A DNA stretch of 64,000 bases from a virus (taxonomy: Duplodnaviria; Caudoviricetes): IMG/VR virus record IMGVR_UViG_2875555210_000001. The stretch is one strand, 5' to 3'. The notes under the pieces were generated by a model. That model had not been told where the DNA came from. It ran no database searches and saw only the letters and a program-made list of their open reading frames with translations. Positions within the stretch are counted from its first letter, which is position 1. Each line of letters starts with the position of its first letter. Made by a program: the position numbers and the translations under genes. Below are positions 47,226-56,941 of this stretch, piece after piece.

Positions 47226-48010
47226 TAAACCGGCCTCAATTCCGTCGTTCCCCGAATACGCTTACCGCGCGAAGTCGCCCCACAGTCCTTGCAGCGGTAC
47301 ATCTGATAGATACCCGCCGAAGTGACGTAAGCCTTCACGCCGTCTTTCTTCAAGTTTTCGCTATTGCACTTAACGCAACGCTCAATACCGTCATCAACCG
47401 TGTCCTCATACAAGGCCAGGTTCAGATCAGTCCGGTAAGGCAGGTGCGTCTCAAACAGACGGGCAGTCAGCTCTACGTCATGTTCGTTGTACTCGCGCAT
47501 AATCTTCTGCGCTGCGCGCTTCTCAGCCCGCGTACCGTGCCTAATATCCCACCAGAGGTCACTCCCTCCGTGGTGAACCTTGCGGTCCTTAAGGATCATG
47601 CGGGACGACCAATCGAGCTTCATGCTCATCAGCCCGCCCTTGAACCAGCGGCGCACCGTCTTAATCAAGTCAACCGACTTGTACGGCAGCGGACGGCCCA
47701 TGCCTAGGCGCAGGAACTCAGCCTCAAGCCATTGCAAGTCGAAGCGGTCCCCGTTCCACGTGACAACGATGTCGGCGCTATCCAGCGCATCCCACATCAC
47801 CTGCATCATGGTTCGGTAAGCGGCCTCGTCGTTGTCGTCCCAAGCGGCCTTGAACATCACGCGATCCTCACCGCGCCACTTAGCAGCCCAGCACAGGACA
47901 CGTGTAGGCACTTGCACCTGGTCAATGCCAATGAACTGTTTGAACAGGCCGAACGTCTCAACAATGGCGCGCTGCGTCTCAATGTCCAGGATTAGGACGC
48001 GGGCGCTCAC
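47225..48010 (-). CDS. DnaQ/RNase H-like 3'-5' exonuclease with Zn ribbon
   Basis: LDIET, WNGDRFD, YNEHDV; C-terminal CxxC pairs. Confidence 0.85.
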   Translation of the reverse strand: MSARVLILDIETQRAIVETFGLFKQFIGIDQVQVPTRVLCWAAKWRGEDRVMFKAAWDDNDEAAYRTMMQVMWDALDSADIVVTWNGDRFDLQWLEAEFLRLGMGRPLPYKSVDLIKTVRRWFKGGLMSMKLDWSSRMILKDRKVHHGGSDLWWDIRHGTRAEKRAAQKIMREYNEHDVELTARLFETHLPYRTDLNLALYEDTVDDGIERCVKCNSENLKKDGVKAYVTSAGIYQMYRCKDCGATSRGKRIRGTTELRPV

Positions 48011-48420
48011 GCGAACGCCTTAGGATGCTTAGCCAAGCTTCTGTAGTACGCATCCAGATCAACCGGATAGACAGGGTGATTAATCGTAACGTTGCGTACC
48101 TCGATAGGCTTAACCGGCATGGCGGTCTTGCTCCGGAGACGCTTAATCTCCCGGTCAAGGAACCACTTAGCCTTCTCTAGGTCCTCAATCCACTCAAGTG
48201 TGTTCTTACCCTTGTTCTTACTGGTGTCCAGCCGCGTCGACCGCGCAATGTACTGCACAGCCTGCCCGCCCGAGCTGGTCAAGTTCTCTGTAATGCTGAT
48301 CAGCTCTGCGCCGTCCGACCAGCCATCTTTGTAATGACTCGGATTGATAGCGTCACGCTTAACTGCCTTAGCGGCCTTCTCGGCGGCTAGATGCTCAAGC
48401 ACTTCCTTTGGATCGGTCAA
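48007..48420 (-). CDS. DUF3310-like protein
   Basis: INPSHYK...QYIAR...EDLEKAKWFLDREI. Confidence 0.75.
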   Translation of the reverse strand: MTDPKEVLEHLAAEKAAKAVKRDAINPSHYKDGWSDGAELISITENLTSSGGQAVQYIARSTRLDTSKNKGKNTLEWIEDLEKAKWFLDREIKRLRSKTAMPVKPIEVRNVTINHPVYPVDLDAYYRSLAKHPKAFA

Positions 48421-48655
48421 TTTTTCCCCCAAGCGCCGCGAACAGCACAGACAACCGGTGAACCGGGTCATAGCGTTCAGGCAGCGCATTAATCACATGC
48501 AAGGTAAGCACCAACGGCAGCACACGCCCACCAATTGGAAACCTCTGCAAGTAGCGGTCCCAGCCTTCACTAAGAAGCTCGCCAGGCGGTGCCGCAATCT
48601 CATACCCGACAATCGCGCAAAGTAGCACCAACCACGCATAGTCAGATGGCTTCAC
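48395..48655 (-). CDS. membrane-associated hypothetical protein
   Basis: AWLVL..YEIAAPPGELLSEG.D. Confidence 0.65.
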   Translation of the reverse strand: MKPSDYAWLVLLCAIVGYEIAAPPGELLSEGWDRYLQRFPIGGRVLPLVLTLHVINALPERYDPVHRLSVLFAALGGKIDRSKGSA

Positions 48656-48751
48656 TGCACCCCCTTAAGAGAAAGGCGGGTGCCCCGACCCCTCGCCAGG
48701 ACACCCGCCTCAGCGCAGCCAGAACCGTCACATTCGCGTGCGACGGGCGCG

Positions 48752-49165
48752 CTAAATCACTTCCGGAAGCTGAATCACCTTAGGGACGCCCTTCTCGCAA
48801 TCAAGGCAAACCCGGTGACCCGAACCCCATACCTTTGTGTTTTCTCGTGAGTACACGTGACCATTACGGCAACGGTTGACCCGCGTCAGAACTTCTGGCT
48901 CATCCTCGGTGTGCCATTTCAGATTCACCAGCCGGTTATCTGTGGGATCACCATTAAGCCACCGTGGAGCACCCCCAGGTGGACGAGGGCCGACGAACGT
49001 CAGCAAGACCAGCATGTGTACCGCCCACGGCCTCCCAGCCGCTTTAACGCGCATGCAGCCCCGCTCGTCTGCCCACTCGGACAGTTCCTTGCGAGGACCG
49101 CGAATCTTGCCCTGGTCGCTGGCCTCATACCCCTTAAGTTCTGGAATAGGAATATCAGCCCACAT
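48752..49165 (-). CDS. NUMOD4/HNH endonuclease-like protein
   Basis: YEASDQG.IR, VH.LV..TF.G, NGDPTDNRL.NL. Confidence 0.75.
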   Translation of the reverse strand: MWADIPIPELKGYEASDQGKIRGPRKELSEWADERGCMRVKAAGRPWAVHMLVLLTFVGPRPPGGAPRWLNGDPTDNRLVNLKWHTEDEPEVLTRVNRCRNGHVYSRENTKVWGSGHRVCLDCEKGVPKVIQLPEVI

Positions 49166-49212
49166 TTGGGTACAACTTTCCCCTCTTTAATTAAATCATG
49201 ACCAAGAGTTCC

Positions 49213-49551
49213 CTAGCGGGTCGCATGGAAAGTGAGCACGTCCCCGACGCGAAATAACGTCCGACCGTTAGCAGCTTTATGCCGCCTGATCTTGTCCGGA
49301 TGACGCTTAGCCCAGTTCCTCACGTCCCACTCCGAAATGCCGAACCGCTCAGACAGTTGCTTAGCGCTCAGCATTTCGTTCACGTCGATAATCGAGTTAT
49401 CAGACACCCACGGCTGCCCGTACTCTGCCATCTTCTTATCGACTACCAGGCACGCCTCTAGGTCAATATCCGCTAGGGCTGACCGGTAGTGGTCAATGAT
49501 CCTGCGGTACCGGTCGTCCTTAGTGTCCGCAGGCCACGGCCACTTAGCCAC
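49213..49551 (-). CDS. HTH DNA-binding protein
   Basis: LSAKQLSERFGISEWDVRNWA. Confidence 0.7.
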   Translation of the reverse strand: MAKWPWPADTKDDRYRRIIDHYRSALADIDLEACLVVDKKMAEYGQPWVSDNSIIDVNEMLSAKQLSERFGISEWDVRNWAKRHPDKIRRHKAANGRTLFRVGDVLTFHATR

Positions 49552-49783
49552 CGCCCGTACGCTCGTAAGCCCACCAGACCCGCAGCTCATCGAGCTTGTC
49601 GAACTTGCGACCGTAGTAATCCCAGAGCAGATGCTCACCAGGACTGAACGCCTCCGCGTGGTCCGCGTTCTGGTAGAAGATGATGCCGTCCGGACGCCCA
49701 AAGTTGTAGCGGAACACCCCGCCGTCCGGATGGCTAACCAGGGCCAAGCCGTTAGCCGACCCCGCTAGCAATGTGTAGCTCAC
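49544..49783 (-). CDS. hypothetical protein
   Basis: 79 aa; GAGGA RBS. Confidence 0.6.
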   Translation of the reverse strand: MSYTLLAGSANGLALVSHPDGGVFRYNFGRPDGIIFYQNADHAEAFSPGEHLLWDYYGRKFDKLDELRVWWAYERTGGG

Positions 49784-49889
49784 TAGTCCTCCTCGGGAGT
49801 GATTGAGAACTTGCCGCTGGCGAAGAGGTAGAGCGTGAGCGCGGCCCCAACGACCGCGCCCACGAACAACCCCGACAGGTAATTGACCA

Positions 49890-50330
49890 CTAGCCGGAAA
49901 CCACCAGCTCCCAAGAGTTCTGAATGGCCGCGTTATCGGCAGGCGTCTCCACCGACCGGTACGCAGGCTTATCCACGTCGATAAGCAGCCACTTCCCCGG
50001 CTCGAATGAGAACGCGTACACGCCCTTGCTGTTCTTACGCAGCGTCCCCACCGGATCGTGAGTCCGCACGTGGTTAATGGCGTCCAGCACGGCTTGCAGC
50101 TTCACGTCCATGTTGGCGTGGACCTGGCCGATGGCCTTACGCGCGGCCTTCGTCTCAGCGGCAGTGAGGGTCAGTACCTCACCGGTCCCCTGCTCGGTCG
50201 GCAACACCTGCGAGCGGGCCACCTCATGCGGCTGCACCGCGTGCCCAGCCTTACGGCCATTCAGCGTCAACGTGGGAGCCTTAGCAGCGTCCCGGTATGC
50301 CGCGTCAGCCGCGCTCATCCCGTACTCCAC
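49890..50330 (-). CDS. hypothetical protein
   Basis: 146 aa. Confidence 0.6.
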   Translation of the reverse strand: MEYGMSAADAAYRDAAKAPTLTLNGRKAGHAVQPHEVARSQVLPTEQGTGEVLTLTAAETKAARKAIGQVHANMDVKLQAVLDAINHVRTHDPVGTLRKNSKGVYAFSFEPGKWLLIDVDKPAYRSVETPADNAAIQNSWELVVSG

Positions 50331-51020
50331 TTAGAACCACCCCTCAATCCGGTCGACAAAGCCCAGATTGAAAGCCTCCTGAGCGGTAAGCCACACGTCC
50401 TGGCGCGTCCACAGCGCCGCGAACTGCTCGGCAGAGCACTTGCCGCCGGACCGCTCGACGTAAATCTCACCGATACGCGTATTCAGCTTCCGGTAGAACG
50501 CCATCGTGTCCTCAAGCTCACCGATCTTGCCCGCCGTCTGGCCGGACAGCTCGTGAACCATGAAGAACGACTCAGGGCCGATAACCCGCTCGTCGGCAGC
50601 CTGCACCAGCACAGTCGCCATGCTCGCGGCCAGGCCACGGACAGTCATGGTCACCTTGTGCTGCCCGCCGCCGCTCAAGCTGTAGCGCGTCAGGTTGTCA
50701 AACAAGCTCAGGCCCGCCAGCGCGGAACCGCCGCCGGAGTGAATCTCGATGTTCATGTCGCACGTCGGGTCCAGCCGGTGCCAGAACTCAAGGTGCTGCG
50801 CGCACTCAGCGACGTTCTTAGAGTCCACGCCGCCGATGAAATAGTGCTGGTGAACCATATCGTCGGTCGCCTGGAAATGACGCTCTGCGCGCTTCGCCTG
50901 CGCCGTCTGCAACTCCGCAAGTTCAGCCTTAGCCTGCGCCTCGCGCAGCTTAGCCGCCTTGAACGGGGCCTTAAACGGGTCGGTGCTCTTAATCAGAACG
51001 TCGTCTGCACCAATGCTCAC
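50331..51020 (-). CDS. ClpP-like protease
   Basis: IHSGGG, GLAASMA (Ser), FMVHE (His), WLTAQEAFNLGFVD. Confidence 0.9.
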   Translation of the reverse strand: MSIGADDVLIKSTDPFKAPFKAAKLREAQAKAELAELQTAQAKRAERHFQATDDMVHQHYFIGGVDSKNVAECAQHLEFWHRLDPTCDMNIEIHSGGGSALAGLSLFDNLTRYSLSGGGQHKVTMTVRGLAASMATVLVQAADERVIGPESFFMVHELSGQTAGKIGELEDTMAFYRKLNTRIGEIYVERSGGKCSAEQFAALWTRQDVWLTAQEAFNLGFVDRIEGWF

Positions 51021-51232
51021 TTAGTATTGCTCCAATCGCAACTCAGGCCCCGGTCGTAGAACACGCAGAACTTTTCGCCCTTGCGCGTCTTTAGGTAGCC
51101 ATCCCAATACTGGGCACCAGACTCGGCATCACCGCCGTAGGTCTGCTTATCCTGAATGTTGGAGGCGCAGCCCGACAGCCCGAAAGCTGCCAGGACTGCG
51201 ACCACCCCTGCGGCTTTACGCCACCGACTCAA
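51017..51232 (-). CDS. putative lipoprotein
   Basis: Basic N-terminus, hydrophobic stretch, LSGC lipobox. Confidence 0.6.
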   Translation of the reverse strand: MSRWRKAAGVVAVLAAFGLSGCASNIQDKQTYGGDAESGAQYWDGYLKTRKGEKFCVFYDRGLSCDWSNTK

Positions 51233-52514
51233 GGTCAACCTCTCCCTTATCCAACTGCTTAGTCTCGTGCTCAAGGAACTTCGGCGACTTCGCCTTAAAG
51301 ACGCGCGGAATCTGGCCCTCGATACGAACGCAGACACCCTCGTCAACCGTCTTACGGTCACTCAACGGCACCGGAGACTCATCGAACTCGCCCGCATCCG
51401 GAGCCTCGGCCAACCGAATGTCTAGGTAGTTGTCGGAATACTCACGAATGGCGTATTCCTCACCCTCACCGCTCGGCACCCACCTAAAGCCGGACCACAA
51501 CTGCGGCACCGTCTTAAGTTCCAGCGTCCGGCAGAAGTCCTTAACGCCTTCCCATGACAGGTCCGCGATAACACCCTTAGGGTTCACGGTCGCCACGCGG
51601 TAGACGTAAAGCTCACACTGCCCCGGCGGCAGGTCGTAGGTGTAGCCCCGCTGGATCGGCTCATCCTCGCTAACCCAGCCGATAAGCTCGCCGTAGATCA
51701 TGAAGTTCTCAGGAATCTTGCCCTCAAGCTTCTCGCCGAACTTCGCCCACAGGTCGGACTTGTAGAAGTGGTTGTTCTCCGACCGGCCCTTAACCACGTT
51801 CCGAGAGCCGTACCTGTGCTGGTACTCGGCGTCTGGCGTAGCGATGCGCAGCCACTTGTTAACAACGACCCGCTCAAACCAACCCTTGTCGCGGTTGACC
51901 GGGATATTGCCGCCGCGCCAGCTCGTGCCGTGCAACTTCTGCGTCACTACTTCATGCTTAGGGTCACGGAAGTAATGCAGGTTCCGGAACAGATGCTCCG
52001 TGTCCAGATGCTTCGGGAACAGCCGCTCATCAACCTGCTTACGCACCTTGGGCTGCCCCTGCGTGGCCTGCTTCTTACCCTTCGCCACATACTTGCGGCA
52101 GATCGTGTGGCCGTTCAGCTTGTCGAACGTATCGCCCGGCTTGAGCGTCGACACGTCGTAGCCGGTGTAGGCCAGCGACGACAACGGCATCAGCAGCGCG
52201 TCTGACTGGTGCTTACGCAGCCGGAGCGCCTTCACGCGGGCATTCGGCTCTAGGTAGCCGGTCTCGCTGGCGTCCCGGTTCAGCGTGGCCTCACGGAACA
52301 GGTTGTTTTCCCGCGCATAGTCGGCGTCAAGCTGAGTCTCGGCCATGAACAACACACGCAGCGCGCCCAGCTCGTAGCCCTCTTTCTGGGTGAGCGCCTG
52401 GTAGCCGAACATGGGCACGCCCACCAGGTTGTCGAGACCTTCCAGGAGAAGCCCCTGTGGCAACTTAACGATTGTCGCCGCGTAGTTTGCGCTCTCTGGT
52501 GCATCAAAGCTCAT
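51216..52514 (-). CDS. RNA ligase (Rnl2-like)
   Basis: TQKLHGTS motif I, IYGELIG, EGVCVR, FKAKS. Confidence 0.88.
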   Translation of the reverse strand: MSFDAPESANYAATIVKLPQGLLLEGLDNLVGVPMFGYQALTQKEGYELGALRVLFMAETQLDADYARENNLFREATLNRDASETGYLEPNARVKALRLRKHQSDALLMPLSSLAYTGYDVSTLKPGDTFDKLNGHTICRKYVAKGKKQATQGQPKVRKQVDERLFPKHLDTEHLFRNLHYFRDPKHEVVTQKLHGTSWRGGNIPVNRDKGWFERVVVNKWLRIATPDAEYQHRYGSRNVVKGRSENNHFYKSDLWAKFGEKLEGKIPENFMIYGELIGWVSEDEPIQRGYTYDLPPGQCELYVYRVATVNPKGVIADLSWEGVKDFCRTLELKTVPQLWSGFRWVPSGEGEEYAIREYSDNYLDIRLAEAPDAGEFDESPVPLSDRKTVDEGVCVRIEGQIPRVFKAKSPKFLEHETKQLDKGEVDLESVA

Positions 52515-52816
52515 CAGTAACCCCGATCTAGCTTCTCGACCCACTTAGTGGCGACAGCCGCCACCTGGATCAGTTCAACGCGAAGCTTTTCCTTGTCGCC
52601 TAAGCGAGCTTCATCAACGGCTTCTGCGACTTCCTCTAGGAGGATGTCGGTGTAGGTGCATTTCCCAACCGCAGAACGGCTCTCCGTGACCTGCTTACAG
52701 TAGTCGCCGCTTAGGATCGGATAGTCAAGATCGGCAGTGATATCAGGGTGGTTCTGCTCACCCCACTTAGCCTCCTGCCGGGCGCGCTCAGCGGCGATTT
52801 CGTCAAGCACACTCAC
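52514..52816 (-). CDS. MazG-like nucleotide pyrophosphohydrolase
   Basis: LLEEVAEA...ELIQVAAVA. Confidence 0.7.
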   Translation of the reverse strand: MSVLDEIAAERARQEAKWGEQNHPDITADLDYPILSGDYCKQVTESRSAVGKCTYTDILLEEVAEAVDEARLGDKEKLRVELIQVAAVATKWVEKLDRGY

Positions 52817-52880
52817 TTAACCCACCGCCCCTCAACACCCCACAAAATCCGGTCGATTACCTTAAGAACCTTGCGCCACG

Positions 52881-53099
52881 TCACTGCCGCCACCAGCCCT
52901 TTCCAAGTTTGTCCTGCAATTGCCGGTAAGTGGCCTCAACCCGCGTGACCTTAGTGCCATTAGGGATAGTGACCATCAAACCGTCTAAGTCGTAAATGGT
53001 GTGATTTCCGCCGGGCCGTCGAATCTCGAAATTAAGCCCTCGCACTCGCGCGGCCTTGTCGATCTTTCGCAGCACAACGGAAGTTTTCTCATGAGACAT
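52881..53099 (-). CDS. HicA-like toxin
   Basis: 72 aa basic; GGNHTIY..VTIP, a HicA dsRBD-like pattern. Confidence 0.6.
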   Translation of the reverse strand: MSHEKTSVVLRKIDKAARVRGLNFEIRRPGGNHTIYDLDGLMVTIPNGTKVTRVEATYRQLQDKLGKGWWRQ

Positions 53100-53162
53100 T
53101 TCGTATCCTTACGGGCCGGGAGGTAGGGCCAGGGTCACTAGCCCTACCTCCGGAAATTTCGC

Positions 53163-53552
53163 CTACCAGGCCGGAGCGTCGTTACTCGCGGCAGACTGAT
53201 AGCCGCCGCCACCGTTCTCCCGACGCTTACGAACGTTCTTCCCGACGAACTCGCCGTCGATTTCAAACACGGACCGCTTCTCGCCCTCGCGGGTCTCAAA
53301 CGACCGCTGCTTGAGCTTGCCGATCACCACGACCGAATCGCCCTTACGCAGAGCCTCAGCCGCACCCTCGGCCAGCTCGCGCCACACGGTGGCACGGAGG
53401 AACAGCGTCTCCCCGTCCACCCACTCATCGCCCTTCTTAACCCGAGGCGTAGAAGCCACCGAGAACTGAGCGACGGCCACGCCCGACTCAAGGAACCGCA
53501 ATTCCGGATCAGCGGTAAGGTTGCCCTGAATCGTAATTTCAGCGTTTGGCAC
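53163..53552 (-). CDS. ssb: single-stranded DNA-binding protein
   Basis: GNLTADPELRF..GVAVAQFSVASTPR. Confidence 0.95.
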   Translation of the reverse strand: MPNAEITIQGNLTADPELRFLESGVAVAQFSVASTPRVKKGDEWVDGETLFLRATVWRELAEGAAEALRKGDSVVVIGKLKQRSFETREGEKRSVFEIDGEFVGKNVRKRRENGGGGYQSAASNDAPAW

Positions 53553-54105
53553 GTTTCTCCTTTGATTTCATTTCGCAATAATCTTCGTACTGCGCTTTCG
53601 TTAAGACGTTCCCGCAATCCGCGTTAGTGCAGTAAATGCGGTCCTCGCCCACCCATCCCCCGAGAGTGGGTAAAGCGCACTCAGGACATGGGACGCGCCT
53701 CCGCTCCCACACCCTTTGCAGCCCGATAATCCCGTCAGCCTTTGAATGCACCGAACGGATATCGAGCGCCACGTCTAAGCCGTAGTTAAACGTGATTAGG
53801 TCACATACCTCGTACCCCTGCGCGCGCTGAATTACCGCGCGAATCTGGCCGATCAGATCAACGACCGTCAGGTTTAACGGAGCCTTAGGCTCTGCCGACG
53901 AACTGACTTTCGACTGCCCCACCGAACCGGGCACGTAGCCCTTATATGTTTCGAGCAAGTCGGAATAAGTCGGGAGTTCATCTAGGCACTTCTGAATGTC
54001 CTTAACGCAGCCGTCGCACAGCGGACGGAGCGACACCAACGCCGGGCCGTCCGGAGTGCGACTGACACACCTGCGCCCTGCCCGGCAGCGTTCCGCTAGT
54101 CCCAT
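53539..54105 (-). CDS. Zn-finger hypothetical protein
   Basis: Multiple CxxC motifs. Confidence 0.6.
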   Translation of the reverse strand: MGLAERCRAGRRCVSRTPDGPALVSLRPLCDGCVKDIQKCLDELPTYSDLLETYKGYVPGSVGQSKVSSSAEPKAPLNLTVVDLIGQIRAVIQRAQGYEVCDLITFNYGLDVALDIRSVHSKADGIIGLQRVWERRRVPCPECALPTLGGWVGEDRIYCTNADCGNVLTKAQYEDYCEMKSKEKRAKR

Positions 54106-54183
54106 GCGTCGATCAACCCTTCTAGGAATCCATCGAATAGGTCAGCCAGGAACCGCCGCCAGTTCCGGCGCGGCTTACGCCGC

Positions 54184-54420
54184 CTACGCATCGTGCGGAA
54201 ACTGGGACAGCCAGCGGATCAGGTCTGCTACCTCAGGGGTATCGTCCCGGTAAGGCACCAAGACGTTAATAACCTCGCCCGGCGTCTCATGCAGCGAATA
54301 CCAGACAGCATTTGAACAGCCCTGAGCGACCCTTACCGAGTGGTACTCGCCGCCGTTAGCGAACGTGAACGCGTAGTCCAACACGCCACACTTGAGCTTG
54401 ATACTGGCCTTAAGCCGCAT
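54184..54420 (-). CDS. hypothetical protein
   Basis: 78 aa; GAGGAAAG RBS. Confidence 0.55.
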   Translation of the reverse strand: MRLKASIKLKCGVLDYAFTFANGGEYHSVRVAQGCSNAVWYSLHETPGEVINVLVPYRDDTPEVADLIRWLSQFPHDA

Positions 54421-54814
54421 TGCTTTCCTCCTTAAGGATTTCCCGGCGCTCCGCTTCCGTGGTTCCGCCCCAAACGCCTTGCGTGCGGTCGAAATAGTCA
54501 GGGTGTGCGCGGTCCCAATCGAGCGCCGCGTCTAGGCACTTCCGTTTAGCCGGGCAGCCGTTGCATACGACGCGGGCCTCCGCGACCTGCTTACGCCCGC
54601 CAGCCCCCGCCTTAGGAAAGAACGGGTCGTCGTCAGCGTCGATGACAGTCCCTTTGCAGGCCGCTCCCGGCAGATCAGGAATATCCAGTTCAGGGATAAG
54701 CTTGCTGCGCACACCGCTTACATTGGTGACGGGAATGCTGAACGCACTTCCGCGATTAATCGCATTAGCGTGGAACCGCATTTCAACACCTACACGCTGG
54801 TTGACTGAATACAC
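54410..54814 (-). CDS. WhiB family transcription factor
   Basis: AAC..FFP..CNGCP....C..GVWGGTTEAERR. Confidence 0.88.
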   Translation of the reverse strand: MYSVNQRVGVEMRFHANAINRGSAFSIPVTNVSGVRSKLIPELDIPDLPGAACKGTVIDADDDPFFPKAGAGGRKQVAEARVVCNGCPAKRKCLDAALDWDRAHPDYFDRTQGVWGGTTEAERREILKEESNAA

Positions 54815-55111
54815 TTACGCAGCCTCTCCGTGAATTTCCCACTCGCTCTTACCGACGAACTCGCCGCGCTCCACAGCCAGCGCGTACCGACTGTCCGGCA
54901 CTAACCCGCCTCGGATTCCGAAGCGCAAGGTTTTGCACATGCCGTATTCCTCACGCATCGCGGCCTCTAGGCACTGCTCCCGCACGTCGCACATGGTGTT
55001 GCAGACGCGCTTAGGCGCTTCTGTCGATCCACCCTTAAGCGGGAAGAACATTTCGGGGTCAATGAACTGGCAGGTCGCAAGCTCCCGCCAGTTCGATTCC
55101 GGTTTCGCCAA
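54815..55111 (-). CDS. WhiB family transcription factor
   Basis: W...ATC..DPEMFFP..C..CDVREQCL..GIRGG. Confidence 0.88.
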   Translation of the reverse strand: MAKPESNWRELATCQFIDPEMFFPLKGGSTEAPKRVCNTMCDVREQCLEAAMREEYGMCKTLRFGIRGGLVPDSRYALAVERGEFVGKSEWEIHGEAA

Positions 55112-55478
55112 CTTCCCAAATCCTTATCTCAATCCGTGGATTTTTCGTATCCGAGTCCGTTACTGCCATCCGTGTCTGTTTGACGTACTTAGAGTTGTCG
55201 TCAGGCCAAACGTCAGCCTTCACCAATCCGTCTAAGGCACCCTTAACAAAAGGGCCAAGCGAATCGGAATCGGTAGCGCGCCGAGTGGGCGTGTACCAGA
55301 GGAATGACACGACGGACGGACCTAAGTCCTTAATGCCCGCCCGCCGTGCCAGTAGGGCCACCACGTCCCCTACCTCTTGCTTAGCCTTTCGGACCACTGC
55401 CCAATGTGCGCGCCGCTGATCGTTGGCGGTCATTGGTGGCCGTTTGAAAGGCGCTACTAGCAGGTGCTCCAAAACCAT
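55059..55478 (-). CDS. RusA-like Holliday junction resolvase
   Basis: DSDSL..KGALDGL......DD. Confidence 0.8.
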   Translation of the reverse strand: MVLEHLLVAPFKRPPMTANDQRRAHWAVVRKAKQEVGDVVALLARRAGIKDLGPSVVSFLWYTPTRRATDSDSLGPFVKGALDGLVKADVWPDDNSKYVKQTRMAVTDSDTKNPRIEIRIWEVGETGIELAGACDLPVH

Positions 55479-55631
55479 CCCCCGTTAGGGGAGGGGGAAA
55501 GTTAGTTAGATGGGTGCGCAGCACAGACCTCTCCGCTTCGATTCGGGTCTTGGGCCAGGCTTGGGGCGTCATGGGAACCATCCCGCCTTGGGATAGGGTC
55601 AACCACCCTTTAACGCACCCATCCAAGTCAT

Positions 55632-55814
55632 TTACTGAAACTCGATGCGCAATTCCTGCACTTCTGCGTTGCAGTCGCGGGTCTGAACAACCCTGTCTAG
55701 CCAGTCCAGCCCGGCAACCTCAAGCACACGCTTCTTTGCGTCGTACTTAACGACTGCGTTAGTGCCCGGCACCGGGAACGTCGCCCCGGCTGGCGTGATG
55801 CTAATGGTCGCCAT
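55632..55814 (-). CDS. hypothetical protein
   Basis: GAGGAGG RBS; 60 aa. Confidence 0.55.
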   Translation of the reverse strand: MATISITPAGATFPVPGTNAVVKYDAKKRVLEVAGLDWLDRVVQTRDCNAEVQELRIEFQ

Positions 55815-55928
55815 CAGGCCCCTCCTCGGAATAAAGCTCATCCACGTAGGTGTCCATCGCCTTGATTGCCCGCGCTAAGACAATGACCACTACGACTGCC
55901 ACGAACCCGAAGATCACCAGGCCGAGCA

Positions 55929-56855
55929 TTAGAAGTCCCCCGGCTGCACTTGCAGGCACTTAAGGCCCAGCGACCGCCACAGGTTCACAACCTGGTCCCG
56001 GTCGTCCAGCACAAAGCGCACGTTGTACTTGCCGCGAATGTTCTGGTCGAACAGGTCGTACTTGACCAGGTAATCCGGCAGCTTGTTACCGTGCTCATCC
56101 TTAGCGCCGGTAGGCCGCATGTGCAGCTCGTCGTAAGGAATGGCGTTCTTCCACAACCATTCCTGAGTCGCCACCCGGCACGAGTCGTCCCGGCCCGACA
56201 CGATCAGCACGTGGACACCGTTCGGACCGCCGTAGTAGTCCACCAGGCCGACCAGCCACCGAATCTGCTCATCAACCACGTCGGTGTGGACCTGCGTGTA
56301 GTCGAACGGCGACCGGCCCGCCATGTGCGCCACCGTGCCGTCGATATCAACGATGATGGCCTCCGGCAGACCCTCAATCCACTCGACCGGCTTAGGGTCG
56401 AACGACGGGGGAGCCTGAATATTCGGCCAGTTCTTAATCGGGTGACGCTTAGCCATCCGGTTAATCACTTCGGCACCCACCGAGCGCTCGCCAGCCTCGC
56501 CGCGCTTAAAGTCCCGCACGATGCAGTACGAAGCGGGAGTGAGCACGTCGACACGCTCGAAATTCGCGCCGTACATGCTCGCCATCTTCGCCCACTTACG
56601 CAGATAAGACGGCTCCAAGTGGGTAGCGTCGACCACCACGGAGATACCGGCCTTAAGCAGTGCGCTAACCTGCGCACGCTCAACTACCGTTACCTCATCC
56701 TCGCGCTCTTTCACGCCCGAGAAATACGTGCCATGAAGCATGTAGCGCAGATCGTCGCGGCATACAACAACCGCGCCGTTCTCATCAGCGATTTCACGCG
56801 CCCTGGTGGACTTACCAGAGCCGGGGTAACCCCGCATCGCCCATAAGGTCGTCAT
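55929..56855 (-). CDS. pnk: polynucleotide 5'-kinase/3'-phosphatase
   Basis: GYPGSGKST P-loop plus HAD DIDGT, SGR, DDR. Confidence 0.92.
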   Translation of the reverse strand: MTTLWAMRGYPGSGKSTRAREIADENGAVVVCRDDLRYMLHGTYFSGVKEREDEVTVVERAQVSALLKAGISVVVDATHLEPSYLRKWAKMASMYGANFERVDVLTPASYCIVRDFKRGEAGERSVGAEVINRMAKRHPIKNWPNIQAPPSFDPKPVEWIEGLPEAIIVDIDGTVAHMAGRSPFDYTQVHTDVVDEQIRWLVGLVDYYGGPNGVHVLIVSGRDDSCRVATQEWLWKNAIPYDELHMRPTGAKDEHGNKLPDYLVKYDLFDQNIRGKYNVRFVLDDRDQVVNLWRSLGLKCLQVQPGDF

Positions 56856-56883
56856 TCCGACCCCCTCTCTTGCTCGCTTTCAA

Positions 56884-56898
56884 GTACAACACGTGTAC
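56884..56898. promoter_or_regulatory. GTAC-N7-GTAC box upstream of pnk
   Basis: GTACAACACGTGTAC in an intergenic gap. Confidence 0.5.
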
Positions 56899-56941
56899 TC
56901 CGGAAACATGCGAAAGTGTCCGAAAAGTCGGACACCCTCAC

